Shown in pieces: positions 1-8,346 of a DNA stretch of 37,692 bases. Every line of letters starts with the position of its first letter. The first letter of the stretch is position 1. Source of the DNA: a virus. Under the pieces are notes generated by a model. It was given only the letters and a program-made list of their open reading frames with translations, made no database searches and had not been told where the DNA came from. Location: IMG/VR virus record IMGVR_UViG_3300016474_000192, positions 1 through 37,692 of that record, one strand, 5' to 3'. The translations under genes were made by a program, and so were the position numbers.

Positions 1-22
1 TGGGGCGGTTCGCTGGGGCGTC
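1..22. repeat. 22-bp terminal overlap, identical to 37671-37692 (circular closure / assembly overlap)
   Basis: tggggcggttcgctggggcgtc is present at both ends of the window. The PolA reading frame is continuous across the junction. Confidence 0.9.
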
Positions 23-1646
23 AATGCGCAAAGACCATCGCGGCAGCCAGCTAATTCGCCTGTTGTCTATCCCGCAGGCCGATGGCACTTTCCGCGAGGA
101 CGCCGCTTTGATGGCCGAAATGGTGGCGTATTGCGAAAGCGACGTGCGCGCCATGCGGGCTATCAGTCAGGCGCAGCGGGAGTTGTCAGCCGATGAACTG
201 CGCGACTATCACGTCAATGAGCGTATTAACGACCGTGGCGTCCTGCTTGATAAACCTCTGGCTTTGGCGGCGGTACGTTACGCAGAAAAAGAAGCTGTCG
301 AAATTCAGGACATCGTTAGCGAAGTCACTGAAGGCGCGGTCACGTCGGTCCGCAGCCCGAAGATGCGTGAATGGGTACTATCGCGGGTCGGACCCGAAGC
401 ACTAAAGATTGCCACGGTCCACAAGGACGGCGAAGCCAAGCTGTCCATCGACAAGAATGTTCGCGCCAATCTGCTGGCGCTTGCGGAGGAAAACCCTGAT
501 GAAGTCCCGGCTGAAGTGGCGGAAGTTATCCAGTGCGCGGATGATCTCTGGGCCTCGTCCGTTGCGAAGTTTAGTCGCGCCGCAGCGCTTGCTGATGAGG
601 AGGATAGCCGTGTTAGAGGTGCGTTTGTATTCGCAGGAGGCAGTGCTACAGGCCGCGCTTCATCATTTGGGCTTCAGGTCCATAATTTCCCCCGCAAGTG
701 CGCCGCCGACCCTGCACTAGCACGCCAAGCTATCGTACGCGGGCACCAAATCGTTCCGCAGTTCGGCAAGCGCGTGACCGACGTGCTGAAGGGTATGCTC
801 CGCCCGGCGCTGATGGCCGACAAGGGTAAGGCGCTGGTCGTGGCCGATTGGGCGGCTATCGAAGCGCGCGTGACGCCGTGGGCGTCGAACAGCAACAGCG
901 GCGCGGCCAAGCTGGGTATCTTTGAACGCGGCGAGGACGTGTACAAGCACAACGCCGCTGCGACGTTTCGCGTCGGGTATGATGAGGTTGACAAAGACCA
1001 ACGCCAGATTGGCAAGGTGCAGGAGTTGGCCTGCGGCTTCGCTGGCGGCGTCGGCGCGTTCAACGCAATGGGGCGCATCTACAACATCTTTCTGGCAGAA
1101 AGCGACAGCCGCCGCATGGTCGATGGCTGGCGTCGCGCTAATCCGTGGGCGCCGGTCTATTGGGACGCGCTGGAACGCGCCTATACTGGTGCCATGCGCA
1201 ATCCCGGCATGGAGTTTACTGCCGGGCGCGTGACTTATTTATATGACCGCCTGCATCTTTGGTATGCCCTGCCAAGCGGTCGTGTGCTATGCTATCCTTT
1301 CGCCCGCTTCGATGAGGAGGGCAACATCACATACGCGAAGGCGTCGTGGAAGCCTGCGGCTGACGCTAAGGAGTGGCCAAGGGCGCGGTTGTGGCGCGGT
1401 CTGGCCTGCGAGAACATCACGCAGGCTATCGCCAACGACCTGCTGCGCTGGACGCTGCTGCGGCTGGAAGAGGAAGGGCTTGACGTAGTGCTGCACGTTC
1501 ACGACGAAGTTGTGCTGGAAGTGCCGGAAGCGGACGCGCAAAGCGCCGCTGACCGGCTGGTCGGCATCATGTGTAAAACGCCCGATTGGGCGTACGGACT
1601 GCCGCTGAACGCGGAAGTCACGACAATGACCCGTTATGGTAAGTAG
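1..1646 (+). CDS. DNA polymerase, family A (Pol I-like), C-terminal part. The gene wraps from 37349..37692, giving about 655 aa in total.
   Basis: ExoIII-like YCESDVRAM, motif A VVADWAAIEARV, motif B RQIGKVQELACGFAGG and motif C LHVHDEVVLEV. Position 24 is in frame with 37349 once the 22-bp overlap is removed. Confidence 0.93.
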   Translation, partial: GRFAGASMRKDHRGSQLIRLLSIPQADGTFREDAALMAEMVAYCESDVRAMRAISQAQRELSADELRDYHVNERINDRGVLLDKPLALAAVRYAEKEAVEIQDIVSEVTEGAVTSVRSPKMREWVLSRVGPEALKIATVHKDGEAKLSIDKNVRANLLALAEENPDEVPAEVAEVIQCADDLWASSVAKFSRAAALADEEDSRVRGAFVFAGGSATGRASSFGLQVHNFPRKCAADPALARQAIVRGHQIVPQFGKRVTDVLKGMLRPALMADKGKALVVADWAAIEARVTPWASNSNSGAAKLGIFERGEDVYKHNAAATFRVGYDEVDKDQRQIGKVQELACGFAGGVGAFNAMGRIYNIFLAESDSRRMVDGWRRANPWAPVYWDALERAYTGAMRNPGMEFTAGRVTYLYDRLHLWYALPSGRVLCYPFARFDEEGNITYAKASWKPAADAKEWPRARLWRGLACENITQAIANDLLRWTLLRLEEEGLDVVLHVHDEVVLEVPEADAQSAADRLVGIMCKTPDWAYGLPLNAEVTTMTRYGK

Positions 1647-1656
1647 GAGCAAAGCG

Positions 1657-3999
1657 ATGAGTGAGGATCGCACTAAATTTATCGAATTTATCACGGGGCT
1701 GGCCGACGCCGAAGGCGAAACGGCCCTGTTGCTGCGTCAGACGCCCGCGCTGGTGGATGGCCAGATTGTCTATCACGGCGACGGCGTGCCGAAGGCAACC
1801 TTCCCGGCGTTCCTGCCGCACAAGGCCCGCATCAAGGACGGCGAGGCATGGTATGTCAACACCGGCTCGTTCATCGTGGACCGCTTCAACGGCAAGCCAA
1901 GCGCCAAGGGCGAGAACACCGAATACGTCCTGTTCATGATGCTGGACGACGTGGGCACCAAGTCGAAGGTGCCGCCGATTGACCCGACGTGGATTATGGA
2001 AACGTCCGAGGGGTCGTTCCAGTGGGGCTTCGCGTTCAGCGAACAGCCGACCAAGCACCAGTTCACGGCTGCCATCAAGGCGATTGCCGACGCAGGTTAT
2101 ACCGACCCCGGCGCGACCAACGCGGTGCGCAACTGCCGCATTCCGGGCAGCGTCAATCTGAAGCAGGGCCGGAACAACTTCGAAGCGCGGCTGGTCGAGT
2201 TCCACCCCAAGCGCGAATACACGCTGGACGACATTTGCGCGGCGCTGGGCGTGACGCCTGCCGAAGCCGACACGGCGGAATACCGCAGCGTCAATCTGCG
2301 CGACACGGGCGGCGACAACGTCCTGAAGTGGCTATCGGACAACAACCTTGTGCTGTCGAAGGTTAACAATGAAGGATGGTGCGGCGTTGTTTGCCCTAAC
2401 CACGCCGAACACACCGACGGCAACATTGAAGGCCGCTACAAGCCGCTGGACCGCTCGTTCTGCTGCTACCACGGGCACTGCCAGCATATCGACAGCCGCA
2501 CGTTCCTTGATTGGGTAGCGGAGAACGACGGGCCGCGCGTGACGCCGGGGCTGCGGGACGAATTGATTGCCGAGCGCATGAAGATCATGGCCGACAAAAT
2601 CCAGCCGACCGAAGCGTTCCCGGACGAAGCGGCGGCTATCGTCAAGGAAGTCGAACGCAAGGAAGCCGGGCGGCTGGAAAAGTCGGAGTGGTTCGCCCGC
2701 TTCGCCTATATCCAGTCCGACGACAGCTATTTCGACATGGTGACGCGCCGGGAAACGCCGCGCAACGTGTTCAACGCGCTGTTCCGTCACGTCGAATGCA
2801 AGTCGATGCACGGCGCGAAAAAGAACCGCATCCAAGCCAGCGTATATTTCGACGAACGCCGCCAAGAAAACGGTGCCAAGGCGCTGGTCGGCGTAACCTA
2901 CGCACCGGGCGAAGACGTGCTGGTGGCGCGTGACGGGCTGGTCTACGGCAATACGTGGATTAACTACCGTCCAGACGTGTCTGGCAGCGACGTCATGGCA
3001 GACAGTGACATCCAGCCATGGCTGGACCATTGCCGCCTGCTGGTGCCTGAAGCCGACGAACTGGAGCACGTCCTGAACGTCATGGCGTTCAAGGTCCAGA
3101 CGCCGAACGTCAAGATCAATCACGCCGTGCTGCACGGCGGGGACGAAGGTTGCGGCAAGGACAGTATGTGGGCGCCGTTCTTGTGGGCGATTGGTGGCGA
3201 GCATCAGCACAACCGTTCTATCATTGAGAACAAGGGGCTGGAAAGCCAGTGGGGCTACGGTCTGCAAGCCGAAGTCGTCATTCTGAACGAGTTGAAGGAG
3301 CCGGAAGCGAAAGAACGCCGGGCGCTGGCCAACAAGCTGAAGCCGATCATCGCCGCGCCGCCTGAAACGCTGACGATCAACCGCAAGGGCTTGCATCCGT
3401 ATGAAATGCTGAACCGTCTTCAGGTCATCGCCTTCACGAACGACCCGGTGCCTATCTCCATTCCGTCGCAAGACCGCCGTTGGTTCTGCTTGTGGTCGAA
3501 TGCTCCGCGCATGGACCCGCACGACGCAGACAAGCTGTGGAAGTGGTATAAGAACGGCGGCTTCCAAAAGATCGCTGCTTGGCTGCACCAGCGCGACGTA
3601 TCGGCGTTCAATCCTGCGGCTGCGCCGCCGGTCACGGACTGGAAGCTGAACATGGTCGAGCAGGGTATGAGCATGACCGAAAGCCATCTGGTCGATATGA
3701 TTACGCGGCGCATAAAGCCGTTCGACAAGGGCGTGGTCGGTGCGCCGTTCCATCGTATTTGCGATGTGGTGGCGACGGAAATGTCGCTGCCTGCCTCCAA
3801 GGTGCCGCAAGCTGCCCTACTGCACGCGCTGAAGGAAGCGAAGTGGGTTGACTGTGGGCGCGTGGCGTCTGGCGAGTTTCAGACCAAAAAGCAGATTTAC
3901 GCCGCGCCAGAGGTCGCAAAGAAATATAGCAAGTCTGAATTGCGGAGAATGATTGAAGGGGTTGCATCCGACGACGGAAAGGTGGTAAGCATCCGCTAG
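1657..3999 (+). CDS. Primase / SF3 (D5/P4/VirE-like) helicase fusion protein
   Basis: ATG at 1657 is preceded by TAGGAG (the ORF is open from 1636). Cys/His zinc cluster CPNHAEHTD...CCYHGHCQH. P-loop GGDEGCGKDS and Walker-B-like VVILNELKE. Sits immediately downstream of PolA, as in DUF2800-PolA-VirE phage modules. Confidence 0.85.
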   Translation: MSEDRTKFIEFITGLADAEGETALLLRQTPALVDGQIVYHGDGVPKATFPAFLPHKARIKDGEAWYVNTGSFIVDRFNGKPSAKGENTEYVLFMMLDDVGTKSKVPPIDPTWIMETSEGSFQWGFAFSEQPTKHQFTAAIKAIADAGYTDPGATNAVRNCRIPGSVNLKQGRNNFEARLVEFHPKREYTLDDICAALGVTPAEADTAEYRSVNLRDTGGDNVLKWLSDNNLVLSKVNNEGWCGVVCPNHAEHTDGNIEGRYKPLDRSFCCYHGHCQHIDSRTFLDWVAENDGPRVTPGLRDELIAERMKIMADKIQPTEAFPDEAAAIVKEVERKEAGRLEKSEWFARFAYIQSDDSYFDMVTRRETPRNVFNALFRHVECKSMHGAKKNRIQASVYFDERRQENGAKALVGVTYAPGEDVLVARDGLVYGNTWINYRPDVSGSDVMADSDIQPWLDHCRLLVPEADELEHVLNVMAFKVQTPNVKINHAVLHGGDEGCGKDSMWAPFLWAIGGEHQHNRSIIENKGLESQWGYGLQAEVVILNELKEPEAKERRALANKLKPIIAAPPETLTINRKGLHPYEMLNRLQVIAFTNDPVPISIPSQDRRWFCLWSNAPRMDPHDADKLWKWYKNGGFQKIAAWLHQRDVSAFNPAAAPPVTDWKLNMVEQGMSMTESHLVDMITRRIKPFDKGVVGAPFHRICDVVATEMSLPASKVPQAALLHALKEAKWVDCGRVASGEFQTKKQIYAAPEVAKKYSKSELRRMIEGVASDDGKVVSIR

Positions 4000-4028
4000 T
4001 CATCGTTTGCTCCGATGGTAAAAATAAA

Positions 4029-4064
4029 CCCCCGGCGTCCTCACCCTTGCGCCGGGGGTTTTTT
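4029..4064. terminator. Bidirectional intrinsic terminator between convergent operons
   Basis: 9-bp GC stem CCCCCGGCG(4029-4037)/CGCCGGGGG(4050-4058), a T6 run downstream and AAAATAAA upstream (a T-run on the other strand). Sits between the primase stop and the stop of the 4070 minus-strand gene. Confidence 0.85.
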
Positions 4065-4069
4065 AGTGT

Positions 4070-4270
4070 CTAGCGAATGCGGGTGATTGTCATTATCCGT
4101 GTGCGCATATCAGTGCGGCAGCGATAGAAGCGGTCATGCCTTGCGCCGTACTGGCTGACGTTGCGGGCGATGCGCTTCACGTCTGCGGCGGTGTCGGCTT
4201 CCATCTGCACTTCTTCGCCGACTTCCATACCGCGCAGCGGATAGGAGACTGGCCTGCCGAATTGGCTCAT
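4070..4270 (-). CDS. Hypothetical protein, 66 aa (last gene of the leftward operon)
   Basis: ATG at 4270 overlaps the upstream stop (ATGA). A G-rich SD (GGGGGTGGCGGA) lies upstream. The ORF is open from 4291. Confidence 0.6.
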   Translation of the reverse strand: MSQFGRPVSYPLRGMEVGEEVQMEADTAADVKRIARNVSQYGARHDRFYRCRTDMRTRIMTITRIR

Positions 4271-4479
4271 TCCGCCACCCCCAGCAGCCATGCGGGCTGC
4301 ACTTGCAGCGTTTCGGCCAGCGCGGCGACGCAGGAAAGCGTAGGGTTGCTACGCTGGCCCTGCGCCAGCCGTTGCAGGTAAGACGCGCTGTAGCCAGACT
4401 TTGCGGCCAATTCTGGCCACGTCATGTTTTGGTTATCAATCGCTGCCCGCAAGCGGTCGCGGAACAATTCAGGCGTCAT
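4267..4479 (-). CDS. XRE/Cro-type helix-turn-helix DNA-binding protein, 70 aa
   Basis: MTPELFRDRLRAAIDNQNMTWPELAAKSGYSASYLQRLAQGQRSNPTLSCVAALAETLQV is a typical HTH_3 pattern. GGAGGA SD lies 5 nt before the ATG at 4479. Confidence 0.8.
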   Translation of the reverse strand: MTPELFRDRLRAAIDNQNMTWPELAAKSGYSASYLQRLAQGQRSNPTLSCVAALAETLQVQPAWLLGVAE

Positions 4480-4645
4480 TGCTTTCCTCCGGGTCCATGC
4501 ACAGCTCAACCTTGAAGCGCTTGCCGCACCACATGAACCAAAACTTGCCGTAGTGGTCCGGTATGAACAGGTGAATATTGTCGGCATCATCCAGCAGACG
4601 GTTGCCCAAATCCAGCGCTAGTTCGTCTTTATCTTTCAGTTCCAT
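4469..4645 (-). CDS. Hypothetical protein, 58 aa (below the ORF-track size cutoff)
   Basis: Hand translation gives MELKDKDELALDLGNRLLDDADNIHLFIPDHYGKFWFMWCGKRFKVELCMDPEESNDA. The stop overlaps the start region of the HTH gene. Confidence 0.5.
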   Translation of the reverse strand: MELKDKDELALDLGNRLLDDADNIHLFIPDHYGKFWFMWCGKRFKVELCMDPEESNDA

Positions 4646-4721
4646 TGTCTAAAACCTTATGTCGTCAGGGTGCCAGTCAATCAGTTCCCAGCCGAAGTTG
4701 TCCCAGAGCCAGTTGCGCAGG

Positions 4722-4904
4722 TCAGTCAGCCACATCGCGGGGTTTCTTTCGCGGGTCGGTAATGCTTATTTCGGTATGAAATCCATTGAAACGCCGCCAC
4801 GTCCATTGGAGCCAAACCAGCGTTTTTGTCCGCCCTTCAGTAAGAACTATAGGGAACAGCGCGAAGCGTTTGCGCCACCCATCGTCACGCCATTTTATTA
4901 TCAT
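4722..4904 (-). CDS. Hypothetical protein, 60 aa
   Basis: MIIKWRDDGWRKRFALFPIVL... AAGGAAG SD lies before the ATG at 4904. Overlaps the stop of the upstream gene. Confidence 0.6.
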   Translation of the reverse strand: MIIKWRDDGWRKRFALFPIVLTEGRTKTLVWLQWTWRRFNGFHTEISITDPRKKPRDVAD

Positions 4905-5334
4905 CGCAGGCTTCCTTGTATTCGCGCAGGGCTTCGTTGAAGCGAAACCACACGCCGTTTCCAGCTTCAACAACAATGTCGTCGTCTTTGCGGCGCGCAG
5001 CAGCCCATTCGGCGCGGCAGATCATGTCTGCTTTCAAGTCTTCTCCGGCTTTTGCCAGCGTCTCGGCCAGCGCCTTGAACTTGGCGAGTTCGGCAGCTTG
5101 CTCGGCGCGGACTGCTTCACGGTCGGCTTGCATAAGCTGGCGCACACTATCCAGATACAGGAAGCCAGCGGAAAACCAGCGGTTAATGTCAGCCTTCATC
5201 TGTTCGCAGACGTTGGGGTCATCAAGCGCGGCAGACAGCCACCCGCCAACGTCAACGCTTGCTTGGACTGCTTCGTGTTCCGCCAACAGAATGCTCTCTT
5301 CCCAGATAGGGGCGAAGTCATCTTCACTGGTCAT
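4885..5334 (-). CDS. Hypothetical protein, 149 aa
   Basis: AGGAGA SD before the ATG at 5334. Protein-like acidic/helical composition. Chained with its neighbours. Confidence 0.75.
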   Translation of the reverse strand: MTSEDDFAPIWEESILLAEHEAVQASVDVGGWLSAALDDPNVCEQMKADINRWFSAGFLYLDSVRQLMQADREAVRAEQAAELAKFKALAETLAKAGEDLKADMICRAEWAAARRKDDDIVVEAGNGVWFRFNEALREYKEACDDNKMA

Positions 5335-5572
5335 GGCTGTCTCCTGCGAGTGCTGCGCGGGCGATGTCGGCCATGCGCTTGGTTAGTTGAAGCAGATACC
5401 CTTCTGGCGCAGTCTCAGGGATGAAGCCTTCGCTGCCTGCCCACTCCTCGAACACTTCACGCAATGCAGCTTCAAGGGTTTCAATGCGGTCGGCGGCTAG
5501 GTCAATATCCTCTGCGATTACAAAGTCCCGCAGCCGCTCCACCAGATCACCGCTGCGGCTTGTGTCCGTCAT
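5324..5572 (-). CDS. Hypothetical protein, 82 aa
   Basis: GGGAGAG SD. TAATG overlap with the upstream gene. Confidence 0.7.
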   Translation of the reverse strand: MTDTSRSGDLVERLRDFVIAEDIDLAADRIETLEAALREVFEEWAGSEGFIPETAPEGYLLQLTKRMADIARAALAGDSHDQ

Positions 5573-5835
5573 TACTTCTCTCCCAGTGCGGCGCGGAATA
5601 GTTTTACAGCGTAGTTAAAGCCTTCATCCCATTCGCTGTCGCGGGCCTCTGCCCAAATACGATTTGGAGTATCTCGCAGCCGCTCGATCTCGCGGGCTTG
5701 GGTTTCGATTAGGTCGGCGGCTTCCTCGCGCTGTTTGTCGATGGCATCGCTGTCCATCATCCAGTGCTTCTCGACCAGTATCTCAGGCCAGTCACCCCGC
5801 AGCCGCTCCACCAGCGCCTTTGCTTCGTCAGTCAT
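5572..5835 (-). CDS. Hypothetical protein, 87 aa
   Basis: ATG at 5835 lies 6 nt after GGGAGGG. The GTG at 5838 is too close to the SD. Overlaps the upstream TGA. Confidence 0.7.
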   Translation of the reverse strand: MTDEAKALVERLRGDWPEILVEKHWMMDSDAIDKQREEAADLIETQAREIERLRDTPNRIWAEARDSEWDEGFNYAVKLFRAALGEK

Positions 5836-6200
5836 CACTCACCCTCCCACACAATGCGACCGCCACGGGCTTCGATGGCTGCGCGTAGGCGTTTGGCGTC
5901 CTCGTCACCGATTACTAGTTCCAGCGTTTCTTCTACCGCCAGAGCAAGTCCCGCAGTCGCTTCGTCGGGCTTGGCGATGATGAAGCGGGAAAGATGCGCT
6001 TCCGTTTCTGGCGTTAGGACACTGCTGTCTATCGCATCGCTAACCTCGCGCTTGAAGGCTTCGTGCTGTTCGATGGCGCGGGCATGGGCAACGATGGAGG
6101 CGCGCAGCGGCAAGTCCAGAGCCATGCGGTCGAAATGATGCACTGCACGTCCGGCGCACTGGCAGGCGTGTTCTAGCGCCTTGGGGTCAATGTCATTCAT
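5835..6200 (-). CDS. Hypothetical protein, 121 aa
   Basis: ATGA overlap with the upstream gene at 6197-6200. Coherent helical protein sequence. Confidence 0.7.
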   Translation of the reverse strand: MNDIDPKALEHACQCAGRAVHHFDRMALDLPLRASIVAHARAIEQHEAFKREVSDAIDSSVLTPETEAHLSRFIIAKPDEATAGLALAVEETLELVIGDEDAKRLRAAIEARGGRIVWEGE

Positions 6201-6400
6201 GCCTGTATCGCCTTTCCATAAACCACCCGGTCCACCCGGCGGCGCTTGTCGTTGCGTAGTTGCTTCTCTGCGATGTCCAGTGCCAGATCGGCGGCTGGGG
6301 CGATGGTGCGGTGATGCGATTGGCGGCGGTAGCCGCTGGCCGTGTAGTATATCAGCAGACAGTTGTAGCGGTGCCGGGGCATATTGCGCAGCCAGTTCAT
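6197..6400 (-). CDS. Hypothetical basic protein, 67 aa
   Basis: MNWLRNMPRHRYN... AAGGAA SD before the ATG at 6400. The longer ORF (to 6694) overlaps better-supported genes in other frames. Confidence 0.55.
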   Translation of the reverse strand: MNWLRNMPRHRYNCLLIYYTASGYRRQSHHRTIAPAADLALDIAEKQLRNDKRRRVDRVVYGKAIQA

Positions 6401-6558
6401 TGTGCGTTCCTTTCCCGTTCGTCTAGCAGGGCCTTTGTCGCGCAGGTGGTGCGCAGGCAGCCGCGCACGTTGTGCGGCGTGATGTGCGTGCCGCAGTGAT
6501 CGCACCAGATCGGCGGACCCTTGGCACGTGGCGGCTTGTGCTTGCGCGTGGTGGTCAT
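6397..6558 (-). CDS. Cys4 zinc-ribbon-like mini-protein, 53 aa (below the ORF-track cutoff)
   Basis: Hand translation gives MTTTRKHKPPRAKGPPIWCDHCGTHITPHNVRGCLRTTCATKALLDERERNAQ, with CxxC-x11-C-x4-C. ATGA overlaps at both ends (6555-6558 and 6397-6400). Confidence 0.5.
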   Translation of the reverse strand: MTTTRKHKPPRAKGPPIWCDHCGTHITPHNVRGCLRTTCATKALLDERERNAQ

Positions 6559-6782
6559 AGCAGCCCCCGCGCCTTGCAGGCTTGCGCCAAATGGTGCGGT
6601 GCCACGCCCCAGACGCGCGCAGCATCCCCATACTGGCGGCAGAGCAGCCGCAGGCGGTCATCGCTGGCACGCATGGCTTGGCGTAGCCGCTCATGCTCTT
6701 GCAGGGCGTCAGCGGCTTCGCGCAGCACGTCCATTTCGGACATGATAGCGACAGGCAGACGCTTTTCGATGGTATCAGGCAT
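6555..6782 (-). CDS. Hypothetical protein, 75 aa (possible C-terminal HTH)
   Basis: MPDTIEKRLPVAIMSEMDVL...AARVWGVAPHHLAQACKARGLL. Chained in the operon. Confidence 0.6.
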   Translation of the reverse strand: MPDTIEKRLPVAIMSEMDVLREAADALQEHERLRQAMRASDDRLRLLCRQYGDAARVWGVAPHHLAQACKARGLL

Positions 6783-7002
6783 TGCGGCGGTATCCTTTCA
6801 TGTAGCGGCCTGTTTTCGGGTCGCGCTGCACGCTGTTGCGGCGCAGGTCGTCATATAGCCTGCACCAGTCGTTCGCGCTGTCGCGCCAATAGTGAATGTC
6901 AGCGCGCAGCAGGGCGGCGCGATAGCTTGCGTCGATCAGTTTCCAGATCAGGACCAGATTGGTCAGCAGTGAGCCAGCTAGTGCAATTGCGGCGGGGTCC
7001 AT
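6775..7002 (-). CDS. Small membrane protein, 75 aa
   Basis: GGAGGA SD before the ATG at 7002. N-terminal hydrophobic helix AAIALAGSLLTNLVLIW. Confidence 0.6.
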   Translation of the reverse strand: MDPAAIALAGSLLTNLVLIWKLIDASYRAALLRADIHYWRDSANDWCRLYDDLRRNSVQRDPKTGRYMKGYRRNA

Positions 7003-7004
7003 AG

Positions 7005-7064
7005 TCAGTCCTCCATCATCAGGGTTATGACGGCCAGCAGGGCCGCGAATAGCAGCGCCATCAT
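7005..7064 (-). CDS. Possible 19-aa hydrophobic micro-ORF
   Basis: MMALLFAALLAVITLMMED. ATGA overlap with the stop of the 7061..7303 gene. Carries the SD of the next gene. Might only be a coupling spacer. Confidence 0.25.
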   Translation of the reverse strand: MMALLFAALLAVITLMMED

Positions 7065-7303
7065 GGCGCTGCGTCTCCCAGTTCATAGGCGTCCAGTTCT
7101 TTGCGCAGATAGTCCACCCGGCGCGACAGTTCGGCAATCTCTGCCTTTGCATCGTGCAAATCGTCAGCCGTATCGGATAGCATTCCTAGTCGTTCGCCTA
7201 GTGCTATCGCCAGTTCGTGCCCGCTATCGCGTGCAGCTTCGATCAGGCGGCGGCTATCTTCGCGGCGCCAGTAAGTGCGGTCTTCGTTCGGGTTGTACAT
7301 CAT
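7061..7303 (-). CDS. Hypothetical coiled-coil protein, 80 aa
   Basis: GGAG SD 8 nt before the ATG at 7303. Helical acidic sequence. Confidence 0.7.
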   Translation of the reverse strand: MMYNPNEDRTYWRREDSRRLIEAARDSGHELAIALGERLGMLSDTADDLHDAKAEIAELSRRVDYLRKELDAYELGDAAP

Positions 7304-7304
7304 G

Positions 7305-7688
7305 TCACCGGCTCCGTTTGATTGCGATTTTATAGGCTTCGATGGCGGCAGGGCACAATCCCACGGCGCTGCGGAATAGAGGCCCGGTATAATCGCTATC
7401 GGCGCGTTCCACGGCGTGCCGCACGCCTAGCAGGTACGCGCGCAGATAGCCGGGGCGGAAATAGAACATATCGCGGACTGGCTTATCAGGGCCAGTCGCG
7501 CCTTCGTGCCATGCAAGTGCGCAGTTGGCCTTGGCGGCGGTCACGGATAGCCCTTGGCGGCGTTCCAGCTTGATAGCTTCGGCCCATGCGCCAGCGTCTG
7601 TCCAGTTGGTCGTTTCGGATAGGTACGCGATAGCGCGCGCAGCGGCGTCGATGGTGGCGCGTTCGGCTTTGGTGAATTCGATGGTCAT
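7305..7688 (-). CDS. Hypothetical protein, 127 aa
   Basis: Conserved leader CACACGGAGCAACTGACA before the ATG at 7688. Confidence 0.75.
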   Translation of the reverse strand: MTIEFTKAERATIDAAARAIAYLSETTNWTDAGAWAEAIKLERRQGLSVTAAKANCALAWHEGATGPDKPVRDMFYFRPGYLRAYLLGVRHAVERADSDYTGPLFRSAVGLCPAAIEAYKIAIKRSR

Positions 7689-7711
7689 TGTCAGTTGCTC
7701 CGTGTGATGTT

Positions 7712-7734
7712 GGGGCGGCAGTCAGCGCCGCCCC
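7712..7734 (-). other. Intercistronic GC hairpin (8-bp stem, 7-nt loop)
   Basis: GGGGCGGC(7712-7719)/GCCGCCCC(7727-7734), between the DnaN-like stop and the next SD. There is no U-run, so it is more likely an mRNA stability or processing element than a terminator. Confidence 0.4.
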
Positions 7735-7748
7735 TAGGTTTAAGGATC

Positions 7749-8345
7749 TTATTCGCCAGTGCCGATCGGCGCGGTGCGCGTGGCCCACACGTCGGTCGGA
7801 TCCTGATATGTCGCCCGGATAGGCATAAGGACCGCAAATGCGTCCTCGCAGGATCCGAAAGTAACGCCCGCCGGGCCTTCGCCGTTATGGTGGATTTGGG
7901 CGGACAGGACAGGTTTACCGCGCCCGAACAGGATCTCGCCAATCTTACCCATGTCGGCCACATATGCAGGATTGAATTGCGCGGTTTCGCCGGTCAATTC
8001 GGTCGGCACTACACGCCGCCAATCGGGAAAAGATCCGTCTATCGACCGACACGCAAGATCCCCAACGTGTGCCGGGCTGATGGCAATCAAATCCGCCTTA
8101 TGGCCGGTCAACGCGCGCTTGATTGCGTCGCGCGGCAGGATCCACCCGTCGAACGGCGGTACGTCGGAAATGTCGATCTTGCCACAAAACAGGCGGTGCC
8201 CATCGGTCGAAACGAGAAACCCCTTGGGATCCACGTAAACGCCGTTCAGATAATACCGCGCTTGTTCGGTAGACGCGCACACAAGCGCGGCCTTCAGCAT
8301 GGCGGTGGGAACGGCAAACGAATTTGGGTGTGCAATAGCGGTCAT
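7749..8345 (-). CDS. Truncated DNA polymerase III beta-clamp (DnaN)-like protein, 198 aa
   Basis: ARYYLNGVYV...STDGHRLF, GSFPDWRRVVP, FNPAYVADM and AFAVLMPIRA line up with E. coli DnaN VRYYLNGMLFE...ATDGHRLA, GRFPDYRRVLP, FNVSYVLDV and AYVVMPMRL. GGAG SD before the ATG at 8345. Confidence 0.8.
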   Translation of the reverse strand: MTAIAHPNSFAVPTAMLKAALVCASTEQARYYLNGVYVDPKGFLVSTDGHRLFCGKIDISDVPPFDGWILPRDAIKRALTGHKADLIAISPAHVGDLACRSIDGSFPDWRRVVPTELTGETAQFNPAYVADMGKIGEILFGRGKPVLSAQIHHNGEGPAGVTFGSCEDAFAVLMPIRATYQDPTDVWATRTAPIGTGE

Positions 8346-8346
8346 A

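Noticed and set aside
1-22. The 22-bp end repeat as a genuine direct terminal repeat or cos site
   Set aside because: The PolA ORF reads through the junction in frame, which is what a circular assembly overlap produces. Physical ends cannot be inferred from this repeat.
2332-3810. Long antisense ORFs inside large genes: 2332..3810(-), 12193..13800(-), 19635..20708(-), 29105..29857(-), 31657..32484(-)
   Set aside because: These are shadow ORFs opposite well-supported genes (primase, portal, coat, ejection proteins). They have Arg/Val/Gly-rich composition with no motifs, as expected in roughly 60% GC DNA.
4649-4735. Programmed +1 frameshift fusing the 60-aa protein (4722..4904) to the Trp-rich 28-aa frame at GAC-TGA-C
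   Set aside because: The P-site codon GAC cannot re-pair in the +1 frame (ACU), and no stimulatory SD-like element lies upstream. Independent initiation at ATG 4735, or no translation at all, is more likely.
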